Of a DNA stretch of 64,000 nucleotides, positions 25,298-37,433 are shown piece after piece (position 1 is the first letter of the stretch; each line of letters starts with the position of its first letter). This stretch comes from Haliotis rubra (Eukaryota): assembly GCF_003918875.1 (NCBI RefSeq), contig NW_025767250.1, positions 310,001 to 374,000 of the forward strand. Direction: 5' to 3'. Position numbers and translations under genes: made by a program. The notes beneath the pieces are model-generated. The model had not been told where the DNA came from and searched no databases. It saw only the letters and a list, made by a program, of their open reading frames with translations.

Positions 25298-28200
25298 GTA
25301 CAGATTCTAGTAGTTTTGTTGGTACAGATTCTAGTAGTTTTGTTGGTACAGATTCTAGTAGTTTTGTAGTGATGGGGTAGCCTAATGGTTAAAGCGTTTC
25401 GTTGCGAAGACCCGGTTTTGGGTACAATGGTACATTTCTGGTGTCCCCAGTATGTTGCTGGAATTTGCTAAAAGTGGTATAAACAGATTCAGTCAGTAGT
25501 TTTGTTGGTACAGATTCTAGTAGTTTTGTTGGTACAGATTCCAGTAGTTTTGTTGGTACAGATTCCAGTAGTTTTGTTGGTACTGATTCTAGTAGTTTTG
25601 TTGGTACAGATTCTAGTAGTTTTGTTGGTACAGATTCCAGTAGTTTTGTTGGTACTGATTCCAGTAGTTTTGTTGGTACTGATTCTAGTAGTTTTGTTGG
25701 AACAGATTCTAGTAGTCTTGCTGGTACTGATTCTAGTAGTTTTGCTGGTACTGATTCCAGTAGTTTTGTTGGAACAGATTCCAGTAGTTTTGTTGGTATT
25801 GATTCCAGTAGTTTTGCTGGTACTGATTCTAGTAGTTTTGCTGGTACAGCTTCTAGTAGTTTTGCTGGTACTGATTCCAGTAGTTTTGTTGGTACTGATT
25901 CCAGTAGTTTTGTTGGTACTGATTCTAGTAGTTTTGCTGGTACTGATTCTAGTAGTTTTGTTGGTACTGATTCCAGTAGTTTTTGTTGGTACAGATTCTA
26001 GTAGTTTTGCTGGTACTGATTCCAGTAGTTTTGTTGGTACTGATTCTAGTAGTTTTGCTGGTACTGATTCTAGTAGTTTTGCTGGTACTGATTGTAGTAG
26101 TTTTGCTGGTACTGATTCCAGTAGTTTTGTTGGTACTGATTCTAGTAGTTTTGTTGGTACTGAATCCAGTAGTTTTGTTGGTACAGGTTCTAGTAGTTTT
26201 GTTGGTACAGATTCTAGTAGTTTTGTTGGTACTGATTCTAGTAGTTTTGTTGGTACTGATTCTAGTAGTTTTGTTGGTACAGATTCTAGTAGTTTTGTTG
26301 GTACAGGTTCTAGTAGTTTTGTTGGTACTGATTCTAGTAGTTTTGTTGGTACAGGTTCTAGTAGTTTTGTTGGTACTGATTCCAGTAGTTTTGTTGGTAC
26401 TGATTCTAGTAGTTTTGTTGGTACAGGTTCTAGTAGTTTTGTTGGTACAGGTTCTAGTAGTTTTGTTGGTACTGATTCTAGTAGTTTTGTTGGTACTGAT
26501 TCTAGTAGTTTTGTTGGTACAGATTCTAGTAGTTTTGTTGGTACATATTCCAGTAGTTTTGTTGGTACAGATTCTAGTAGTTTTTCTTGGTACAGGTTCC
26601 AGTAGTTTTGTTGGTACTGATTCCAGTAGTTTTCTTGGTACAGGTTCTAGTAGTTTTGTTGGTACAGGTTCTAGTAGTTTTGTTGGTACCTGATTCCAGT
26701 AATTTTCTTGGTACAGGTTCTAGTAGTTTTTTCTTGGTACAGGTTCTAGTAGTTTTGTTGGTACAGGTTCTAGTAGTTTTGTTGGTACAGGTTCTAGTAG
26801 TTTTGTTGGTACTGATTCTAGTAGTTTTGTTGGTACAGGTTCTAGTAGTTTTGTTGGTACTGATTCTAGTAGTTTTGTTGGTACTGATTCTAGTAGTTTT
26901 GTTGGTACAGATTCTAGTAGTTTTGTTGGTACAGGTTCTAGTAGTTTTGTTGGTACAGATTCCAGTAGTTTTGTTGGTACAGGTTCTAGTAGTTTTGTTG
27001 GTACAGATTCTAGTAGTTTTGTTGGTACAGGTTCTAGTAGTTTTGTTGGTACTGATTCTAGTAGTTTTGTTGGTACTGATTCTAGTAGTTTTGTTGGTAC
27101 TGATTCTAGTAGTTTTGTTGGTACTGATTCTAGTAGTTTTGTTGGTACAGGTTCTAGTAGTTTTGTTGGTACTGATTCCAGTAGTTTTGTTGGTAAAGGT
27201 TCTAGTAGTTTTGTTGGTACAGATTCTAGTAGTTTTGTTGGTACAGATTCTAGTAGTTTTGTTGGTACTGATTCCAGTAGTTTTGTTGGTACAGATTCTA
27301 GTAGTTTTGTTGGTACAGATTCTAGTAGTTTTGTTGGTACAGGTTCTAGTAGTTTTGTTGGTACTGATTCCAGTAGTTTTGTTGGTACAGGTTCTAGTAG
27401 TTTTGTTGGTACTGATTCTAGTAGTTTTGTTGGTACAGGTTCTAGTAGTTTTGTTGGTACAGATTCCAGTAGTTTTGTTGGTACAGATTCTAGTAGTTTT
27501 GTTTGTACAGATTCCAGTAGTTTTGTTGGTACAGATTCTAGTAGTTTTGTTGGTACAGGTTCTAGTAGTTTTGTTGGTACAGATTCTAGTAGTTTTGTTG
27601 GTACAGGTTCTAGTAGTTTTGTTGGTACAGGTTCTAGTAGTTTTGTTGGTACTGATTCCAGTAGTTTTGTTGGTACAGGTTCCAGTAGTTTTGTTGGTAC
27701 AGATTCTAGTAGTTTTGTTGGTACAGATTCTAGTAGTTTTGTTGGTACTGATTCCAGTAGTTTTGTTGGTACAGGTTCTAGTAGTTTTGTTGGTACTGAT
27801 TCCAGTAGTTTTGTTGGTACAGATTCTAGTAGTTTTGTTGGTACATATTCTAGTAGTTTTGTTGGTACAGATTCCAGTAGTTTTGTTGGTACAGGTTCTA
27901 GTAGTTTTGTTGGTACAGATTCCAGTAGTTTTGTTGGTACAGGTTCTAGTAGTTTTGTTGGTACAGATTCTAGTAGTTTTGTTGGTACTGATTCTAGTAG
28001 TTTTGTTGGTACTGATTCTAGTAGTTTTGTTGGTACAGATTCCAGTAGTTTTGTTGGTACAGGTTCTAGTAGTTTTCTTGGTACAGGTTCTAGTAGTAGT
28101 TTTGTTGGTACTGATTCCAGTAGTTTTGTTGGTACTGATTCCAGTAGTTTTGTTGGTACAGATTCTAGTAGTTTTGTTGGTACTGATTCCAGTAGTTTTG

Positions 28201-28893
28201 TTGGTACAGGTTCTAGTAGTTTTCTTGGTACAGGTTCTAGTAGTTTTGTTGGTACTGATTCCAGAAGTTTTGTTGGTACTGATTTGGTAGTTTTGCTGGT
28301 ACTGATTCTAGTAGTTTTGTTGGTACTGATTCTAGTAGTTTTGTTGGTACAGGTTCTAGTAGTTTTGTTGGTACAGATTCTAGTAGTTTTGTTTGGTACT
28401 GGGTTCCAGTAGTTTTGTTGGTACAGATTCTAGTAGTTTTGTTGGTACAGATTCTAGTAGTTTTGTTGGTACAGATTCCAGTAGTTTTGTTGGTACAGAT
28501 TCTAGTAGTTTTGTTGGTACAGATTCTAGTAGTTTTGTTGGTACAGATTCCAGTAGTTTTGTTGGTACAGGTTCTAGTAGTTTTGTTGGTAAAGGTTCTA
28601 GTAGTTTTGTTGGTACAGATTCTAGTAGTTTTGTTGGTACAGGTTCTAGTAGTTTTGTTGGTACAGATTCTAGTAGTTTTGTTGGTACAGATTCTAGTAG
28701 TTTTGTTGGTTGATTCCAGTAATTTTGTTGGTACAGGTTCTAGTAGTTTTTTGGTGTTCTAGTAGTTTTGTTGGTACAGATTCTAGTAGTTTTGTTGGTA
28801 CAGATTCAAGTAGTTTTGTTGATACAGATTCTTGTTGTTTTGTTGGTACAGATTCTTGTAGTTTTGTTGGTACAGGTTCTAGTAGTTTTGTTG
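25298..28893. repeat. Minisatellite, 24-bp unit GTACAGATTCTAGTAGTTTTGTTG, ~145 copies
   Basis: Direct periodicity; variants ACTGATT, ACAGGTT and TTCCAG. Confidence 0.98.
25369..25496 (+). mobile_element. Family A SINE, scrambled with the host 24-bp repeat
   Basis: Ordered fragments GGGGTAGCCTAATGGTTAAAGCGTT, CGAAGACCCGG, TGGGTACAATG, CATTTCTGGTGTCCCC, ATGTTGCTGGAA, TTGCTAAAAG, TCAGTCAGT. Confidence 0.85.
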
Positions 28894-29475
28894 GGTTGAG
28901 TCCCATCCAGAAATCAAACCCACACTTTCAGAGTAAGGCAAGTAATCACCAGCCCACAAAGTCTGCGATCTTCCCCACTGAGCCACTGCAGCTAGTACAA
29001 AAATGGAAGTCTGGCAACTTGTAGTCTAGATCACGTTCTTACTGCACACCACTGATAAATGTAGACTGGCACAGCTCCGTGGCTGAAGCTATGAATAAAC
29101 AATGTCTTCACTGTGCTGGCGATTCAAATCCCGGATGGGACTCAACTAAAAAAATCACTAAAATCTGTGCCTCACTGAGAAAGTGTAATCCCAAATATAG
29201 GCTATGTTACATTCAACTACTTTCTAAAAGGCACTGTGTAGCCTAGGTGTTTCTCAAGAAATCATTTAACTAATTCACTATCATGACTGAAACACATTAA
29301 CAAGATAAAAACGTAGACCTGTTCAGTCTATTGGATTCAGTCATTAGCATATTCCTTTAACAATAAGACAGCATTCACCAGGGTCAGCTCCACAGAGAAT
29401 GTCATTTCTCAATCTGTCGTGAAGGAAAAAACTCTTTTGAATCTCTGCTGCTTCAAATAACAGCATACAAGAAAA

Positions 29476-31105
29476 TGTGTAGGAGTGCTTCATCTGTAGA
29501 TGTGTAATGTCAATAGAAGTGCTTCATCTGTATGTGTAATGTCAATAGAAGTTTTCATCTGTAGGTGTGTAATGTCAATAACAGTACTTCATCTGTAGGT
29601 GTGTATTGTCAATATGAGTGCTTCATCTGTGGGTGTAATGTCAATAATGTCAAGGTGTGTAATGTCAAGTGAGCTTCATTTGTAGGTGTGTAATGCCAGT
29701 AGCGTTAGTGCATGCCAAGACCGGGTTCGAATCCCCTGTGGCACAATGTGTAAAAGCCATTTCTGGTGTCCCCTTCATTGATGTTGCTGGAATATTGCTA
29801 AAAGCTGGCGTAACAGTCAGTCAGTCATCTGTAGGTGTGTAATGTCAATAGAAGTGCTTCAACTGTAGGTGTGTAATGTCAATATGAGTGCTTCATCTGT
29901 AGGTGTGTAATGTCAATACGAGTGCTTCATCTGTGGGTGTTTAATGTCAATAAGAGTGTTTCATCTGTAGGTGTGTAATGTCAAGGAGTGCTTCATCTGT
30001 AGGTATGTAATGTCAATAGCAGTGCTTCATCTGTGGGTGTGTAATGTCAATATGAGTGCTTCATCTGTGGGTGTGTAATGTCAATATGAGTGCTTCATCT
30101 GTAGGTGTGTAATGTCAATAGAAGTGCTTCATCTGTAGGTGTGTAATGTCAATAGAAGTGCTTCAACTGTAGGTCTGTAATGTCAATATGAGTGCTTCAT
30201 CTGTAGGTGTGTAATGTCAATAGAATTGCTTCATCTGTAGGTGTGTAATGTCAATAGGATTGCTTCATCTGTAGGTTTGTAATGTCAATAGAAGTGCTTC
30301 ATCTGTAGGTGTGTATGTAATGTCAATAACAGTGCTTCATCTGTGGGTGTGTAATGTCAAGTAGGAGTACTTCATCTGTAGGTGTGTATTGTCAATATGA
30401 GTGCTTCATCTGTGGGTGTGTAATGTCAATATGAGTGCTTCATCTGTGGGTGTGTAATGTCAACATGAGTGCTTCATCTGTGGGTGTGTAATGTCAATAG
30501 AAGTGCTTCATCTGTGGGTGTGTAATGTCAGTAGGATTGCTTCATCTGTAGGTGTGTAATGTCAATATGAGTGCTTCATCTGTGGGTGTGTAATGTCAAT
30601 ATGAGTGCTTCATCTGTGGGTGTGTAATGTCAATAGAAGTGCTTCATCTGTGGGTGTGTAATGTCAGTAGGATTGCTTCATCTGTGGGTGTGTAATGTCA
30701 ATAACAGTGCTTCATCTGTGGGTGTGTAATGTCAATAACAGTGCTTCATCTGTGGGTGTGTAATGTCAATAGAAGTGCTTCATCTGTGGGTGTGTAATGT
30801 CAGTAGGATTGCTTCATCTGTGGGTGTGTAATGTCAATAACAGTGCTTCATCTGTGGGTGTGTAATGTCAATCAGTGCTTCATAATGTCAATAGAAGTGC
30901 TTCATCTGTAGATGTGTAATGTCAACAGAAGTGCTTCATCTGTAGATGTCAATAATGTCAGTGGGTGTGATGTCAATTGCTTCATCTGTAGATGTGTAAT
31001 GTCAGTGCTTCATCTGTAGGAGTGTCATCTTCATCTGTAGGATGTGTAATGTCAGAAGTGCTTCAAGATGTGGATAGGAGTTCTTCATCTGTAGGTGTGT
31101 AATCA
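29476..31105. repeat. Minisatellite, 34-bp unit (GTGCTTCATCTGT[A/G]GGTGTGTAATGTCAATAGAA), ~44 copies
   Basis: Period 34 (TCATCT at 30061 and 30095). Confidence 0.96.
29691..29826 (+). mobile_element. Family A SINE, scrambled with the host 34-bp repeat
   Basis: AGACCGGGTTCGAATCCCC, ACAATGTGT, CCATTTCTGGTGTCCCC, TGATGTTGCTGGAATATTGCTAAAAGC, (CAGT)3. Confidence 0.85.
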
Positions 31106-31596
31106 GAAGATTGGATGGAAGGATGGGTGATAGGATACCTTATCAGTGACATTGTGCAGGAAGGTATGAGCATACAGAACAGTGAGTCATGTTATATGTG
31201 CAGATGGTAGCATGTTACTCTGTGACAGTCGATGACGTGTAAAAAGTGAAAAATGATTGTGCCAGCGAATCTGTTTGTAAGTATTTGACAAAAACATTGA
31301 CATCAATCCTGATAGCAACACAGAGATTGATTTAGCCTGCAACCTTGACACTAAAGTTTACGTACACATTGAAATCTAGTGTTGCCTCCAAACCAGGAAA
31401 TGATCTCTCCTACAATTACGTTTGGTTTAGAAAATCCGCTTTGTTTGTTGTCTCTAACTCTGAGAGCTGTCAATATTTTTCAGATTTCCTTCCGCACATA
31501 ACTGGTAATTTACAGTCATCTACCCTGTTTGAACACACAGTTATGACAGTATGATCCTCAGTTCAGTTTATTGATTTTTATCGGCCCTGGTGTTGA

Positions 31597-31762
31597 AGTG
31601 AGTGAGTGTTTTCTTACGCCACTTTTAGCAGTGTTTCAGTAATATCATGCTGATGGACACCAGAAATTGGCTTCACACATTGTTTCCATGGGGAGAGGGA
31701 GGAAGCAAGCCAGGTCTTCCACATGATGAAGGAGCACATGAACCTCTAGGCTAGCTCCTCCC
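31597..31762 (-). mobile_element. Degenerate family A SINE with (CACT)n tail
   Basis: AGTGAGTGAGT..TTACGCCACTTTTAGCAGT..GGACACCAGAAATTGGCTTCACACATTGT..CCAGGTCTTC..TAGGCTA. Confidence 0.8.
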
Positions 31763-32789
31763 TGCTTGTTGATGTAGTTGTTCTGGACAACAACTGCTGT
31801 ATTGCTTGTCACAATATTTAATGGCTTCTTCTTGAACCTCACTTATCTGGACACTTGCATTTTCTCAAATATTGTCCAGATAGAGAAATTTCCAGATATC
31901 TGAATCTTGTCATTTAACTTCTTTGAATGCAAAAGAATCTGTACAATATGTTAATGCTAAAGATTTTTCAAGTGTTTTTAAGTGACTGCATTAGTTGACG
32001 TCATACAAACATAGTTATCAGCTCTAAAGTATAACTCACTTTTGTGCCATGTTTGATTCTAGGAATACACTGCAGTTTTTCTTTCTTTTGCATTTAAATT
32101 TGCCAATTAACTATTGCTTGAGCGTCAGATTATCCAGAATAAGTTAAATTTAGAAGAGTTCCTTATGGTAACATATTCATACTATTGAAAAATATGGAGT
32201 GATTTGCTTCTTTTGTACATGTGTATCTTATCCTTCACTGGAAGCCATGAAAGTTTACTCAGATGTAACATTCTTAAACTGTTTTCAGAGAGATAGCTCC
32301 AGTTTTAAGTTTGAAATCTTCATCCCAGCTCCAAAATGCTAAAGTCCATGCTATTTTTAGTTAATAGTTAATAATGGCCTAATCTTCCTCCCCTGTCACT
32401 TCCAACACTTTCAAGGAGGCGATGGGTTCATCCTGAAGTGTGGAAATTTACACAAAACAGCAATACCAGCATCAAGTACTGTACTCTCCTAAGGGAGTTG
32501 AGAAGAATGATTGGTTTCTAAATGCAGATGAGGCTCTGGTAATTTCACCTTATAAATGAGCATGCAGTTAATTCTCAACTTGAATTTATTTTGTGCTTCC
32601 TGTGTGATGTAAATTGACTGGATCTGATCCATATAAGCACCGAAACACATAGCCAGGGGTACAGAAGGCATGGGCGTGTGGGAGGTGCAAGTGATAAAAG
32701 TCCAGTACGTCTTACTTGAGATCCAGGAAGTCATGTAGCAGACCCAGCTAGTAATATATGAGATACAATAGATCTTACAGATCTTGTAG

Positions 32790-35700
32790 GTTGTACATCA
32801 GACCCAGTTGGTCATACATCAGACCCAGTTGGTCATACAGCAGATGTAGTTGGTCATGTAGCAGATCTAGTTGGTTATACAGCAGACCCAGTTGGTCATA
32901 CAGCAGATCCAGTTGGTCATACAGCAGATCTAGTTGGTCATACAGCGGATCCAGTTGGTCATGCATCAGACCCAGTTGGTCATACAGCAGACCCAGTTGG
33001 TCATACAGCGGATCTAGTTGGTCATACAGCAGACCCAGTTGGTCACACAGCAGACCCAGCTGGTCATACAGCAGATCTAGTTGGTCATACAGCAGATCCA
33101 GTTGGTCATACAGCAGACCCAGTTGGTCATACAGCAGATCTAGTTGGTCATACAGCAGATCTAGTTGGATCTAGTTGGTCATACAGCAGATCCAGTTGGT
33201 CATGCAGCAGATCCAGTTGGTCATACAGCAGATCTAGTTGGTCATACAGCAGATCTAGTTGGTCATACAGCAGACCCAGTTGGTCATACAGCAGATCTAG
33301 TTGGTCATGTAGCAGATCAAGTTGGTCATGCAGCAGACCCAGTTGGTCATGCAGCAGATCTAGTTGGTCATGCAGCAGATCTAGTTGGTCATGCAGCAGA
33401 TCTAGTTGGTCATGCAGCAGATCTAGTTGGTCATGCAGCAGATCTAGTTGGTCATGCAGCAGATCTAGTTAGTCATGCATCAGATCTAGTTGGTCATGCA
33501 GCAGATCTAGTTGGTCATACAGCAGATCTAGTTGGTCATGCAGCAGATCCTAGTTGGTCATGCAGCAGATCCAGTTGGTCATAGCAGCAGATCTAGTTGG
33601 TCATGCAGCAGATCTAGTTGGTCATGCAGCAGATCCAGTTGGTCATGCAGCAGATCTAGTTGGTCATGCAGCAGATCTGGTTGGTCATGCAGCAGATCTA
33701 GTTGGTCATGTAGCAGATCCAGTTGGTCATGCAGCAGATCTAGTTGGTCATGCAGCATCAGTTGGTCATGCTTGAGTTGGTCATGCAGCAGATCTAGTTG
33801 GTCATGTAGCAGATCTAGTTGGTCATGTAGCAGATCTAGTTGGTCATGCAGCAGATCCAGTTGGTCAGCAGACAGCAGATGCAGCAGCAGTCATGCAGCA
33901 GATCTAGTTGGTCATGCAGCAGATCTAGTTGGTCATGCAGCAGATCTAGTTGGTCATGCAGCAGATCTAGTTGGTCATGCATCAGATCTAGTTGGTCATG
34001 CAGCAGATCTAGTTGGTCATGCAGCAGATCTAGTTGGTCATGCAGCAGATCTAGTTGGTCATGTAGCAGACCCAGTTGGTCATGCAGCAGATCTAGTTGG
34101 TCATGCATCAGATGTAGTTGGTCATGCAGCAGGTGTAGTTGGTCATGCATCAGATGTAGTGGGTCATGCATCAGATCTAGTTGGTCATGCAGCAGATCTA
34201 GTTAGTCATGCATCAGCTGCAGATCTAGTTGGTCATGCATCAGATCTAGTTGGTCATGCATCAGATCTAGTTGGTCATACAGCAGATCTAGTTGGTCATG
34301 CATCAGACCCAGTTGGTCATGCATCAGACCCAGTTGGTCATGCAGCAGATCTAGTTGGTCATGCAGCAGATCTAGTTGGTCATGCAGCAGATCTAGTTGG
34401 TCATGCATCAGATCTAGTTGGTCATGCATCAGATCTAGTTGGTCATGCATCAGATCTAGTTAGTCATGCATCAGGTCTAGTTGGTCATGCATCAGATGTA
34501 GTGGGTCATGCATCAGATCTAGTTGGTCATGCATCAGATCTAGTTGGTCATGCATCAGATGTAGTTAGTCATGCATCAGGTCTAGTTGGTCATGCATCAG
34601 ATGTAGTGGGTCATGCATCAGATCTAGTTGGTCATGCAGCAGGTCTAGTTGGTCATGCATCAGATCTAGTTGGTCATGCATCAGATGTAGTTGGTCATGC
34701 ATCAGATCTAGTTGGTCATGCATCAGATGTAGTTGGTCATGCATCAGGTCTAGTTGGTCATGCATCAGATGTAGTTGGTCATGCATCAGATCTAGTTGGT
34801 CATGCATCAGATGTAGTTAGTCATGCATCAGGTCTAGTTGGTCATGCATCAGATGTAGTGGGTCATGCATCAGATCTAGTTGGTCATGCATCAGGTCTAG
34901 TTGGTCATGCATCAGATGTAGTTGGTCATTGCAGCAGATCTAGTTGGTCATTCAGCAGATCTAGTTGGTCATGCATCAGATGTAGTGGGTCATGCATCAG
35001 ATCTAGTTGGTCATGCATCAGATGTAGTTGGTCATGCATCAGATCTAGTTGGTCATTCAGCAGATCTAGTTGGTCATTCAGCAGGTCTAGTTGGTCATGC
35101 ATCAGATGTAGTGGGTCATGCATCAGATCTAGTTAGGTCATGCATCAGATGTAGTTAGTCATGCATCAGGTCTAGTTGGTCATGCATCAGATGTAGTGGG
35201 TCATGCATCAGATCTAGTTGGTCATTCAGCAGATCTAGTTGGTCATTCAGCAGGTCTAGTTGGTCATGCATCAGATGTAGTGGGTCATGCATCAGATCTA
35301 GTTGGTCATGCATCAGATGTAGTTAGTCATGCATCAGGTCTAGTTGGTCATGCATCAGATGTAGTGGGTCATGCATCAGATCTAGTTGGTCATTCAGCAG
35401 TCTAGTTGGTCATGCATCAGATGTAGTGGGTCATGCATCAGATCTAGTAAATCATGCATCAGATGTAGTTAGTCATGCATCAGGTCTAGTTAGTCATTCA
35501 GCAGATCTAGTTGGTCATTCAGCAGGTCTAGTTGGTCATGCATCAGATGTAGTGGGTCATGCATCAGGTCTAGTTAGTCATGCATCAGGTGTAGTTGGTC
35601 ATGCATCAGATGTAGTGGGTCATGCATCAGATCTAGTTAGTCATGCATCAGGTGTAGTTGGTCATGCATCAGATGTAGTTGGTCATGCATCAGATCTAGT

Positions 35701-37433
35701 ACATCATGCATCAGATGTAGTTGGTCATGCATCAGGTGTAGTGGGTCATGCATCAGATGTAGTTGGTCATGCATCAGATCTAGTACATCATGCATCAGAT
35801 GTAGTTAGTCATGCATCAGGTCTAGTTGGTCATGCATCAGATGTAGTGGGTCATGCATCAGATCTAGTTGGTCATACATCAGGTCTAGTACATCATGCAT
35901 CAGATGTAGTTAGTCATGCATCAGGTCTAGTTAGTCATTCAGCAGATGTAGTGGGTCATGCAGCAGATCTAGTTGGTCATGCATCAGATGTAGTTAGTCA
36001 TGCATCAGATGTAGTTGGTCATTCAGCAGATTTAGTTGGTCATGCATCAGATCTAGTGGGTCATGCATCAGGTGTAGTGGGTCATGCATCAGATGTAGTT
36101 GGTCATGCATCAGATCTAGTACATCATGCATCAGATGTAGTTAGTCATGCATCAGGTCTAGTTGGTCATGCATCAGATGTAGTGGGTCATGCAGCAGATC
36201 TAGTTGGTCATGCATCAGATCTAGTTGGTCATGCATCAGATCTAGTTGGTCATTCAGCAGATCTAGTTGGTCATTCAGCAGGTCTAGTTGGTCATGCATC
36301 AGATGTAGTGGGTCATGCATCAGGTCTAGTTAGTCATGCATCAGGTGTAGTTGGTCATGCATCAGATGTAGTGGGTCATGCATCAGATCTAGTTAGTCAT
36401 GCATCAGGTCTAGTTGGTCATGCATCAGATGTAGTTGGTCATGCATCAGATCTAGTTGGTCATGCATCAGATGTAGTGGGTCATGCATCAGGTGTAGTGG
36501 GTCATGCATCAGATGTAGTTGGTCATGCATCAGATCTAGTACATCATGCATCAGATGTAGTTAGTCATGCATCAGGTCTAGTTGGTCATGCATCAGATGT
36601 AGTGGGTCATGCAGCAGATCTAGTTGGTCATGCATCAGGTCTAGTACATCATGCATCAGATGTAGTTAGTCATGCATCAGGTCTAGTTAGTCATGCAGCA
36701 GATGTAGTGGGTCATGCAGCAGATCTAGTACATCATGCATCAGATGTAGTTAGTCATGCATCAGATGTAGTTGGTCATTCAGCAGATTTAGTTGGTCATG
36801 CATCAGATGTAGTGGGTCATGCATCAGATGTAGTTGGTCATGCATCAGGTCTAGTTGGTCATGCATCAGATGTAGTGGGTCATGCATCAGATCTAGTTGG
36901 TCATGCATCAGATGTAGTGGGTCATGCATCAGATGTAGTTGGTCATGCATCAGATCTAGTACATCATGCATCAGATGTAGTTAGTCATGCATCAGGTCTA
37001 GTTGGTCATGCATCAGATGTAGTGGGTCATGCATCAGATCTAGTACATCATGCATCAGATGTAGTTAGTCATGCATCAGGTCTAGTTGGTCATGCATCAG
37101 ATGTAGTGGGTCATGCATCAGATCTAGTTGGTCATTCAGCAGATCTAGTTGGTCATTCAGCAGATCTAGTTGGTCATTCAGCAGGTCTAGTTGGTCATGC
37201 ATCAGATGTAGTGGGTCATGCATCAGATGTAGTTGGTCATGCATCAGATGTAGTTGGTCATGCATCAGATCTAGTACATCATGCATCAGATGTAGTTGGT
37301 CATGCATCAGATCTAGTACATCATGCATCAGATGTAGTTAGTCATGCATCAGATCTAGTACATCATGCATCAGATGTAGTTGGTCAAACAAGAAATCCAT
37401 TAGGTCATACATCATAAGAGCCAGTTGGTCATA
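32790..37433. repeat. Minisatellite, 21-bp unit (CAGATCTAGTTGGTCATGCA[G/T]), ~220 copies
   Basis: Direct periodicity; 7-aa repeats in the ORF track; variant domains and a 756-bp higher-order duplication. Confidence 0.98.

Larger units (their letters stand above)
25276..29240. mobile_element. Palindromic tRNA-like element whose left arm contains the expanded 24-bp array
   Basis: The flanks of the array (TGGGATCATGCTTTCTCATTAA | GGTTGAGTCCCATCC) match 14616-14677. The right arm (~29120-29240) is the reverse complement of the same arm. Confidence 0.85.

Noticed and set aside
25502-28762. Long ORFs (up to 567 aa; VVLLVQIL / GTDSSSFV repeats)
   Set aside because: These are stop-free frames of a 24-bp repeat, broken by random frameshifts. 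The array derives from a non-coding element arm.
33165-37417. ORFs up to 663 aa with a His-containing heptad (ASDLVGH), superficially like a biomineral or adhesive protein
   Set aside because: No signal peptide, splice context or unique domain, multiple frameshifts, and open frames on both strands, as expected for a 21-bp repeat
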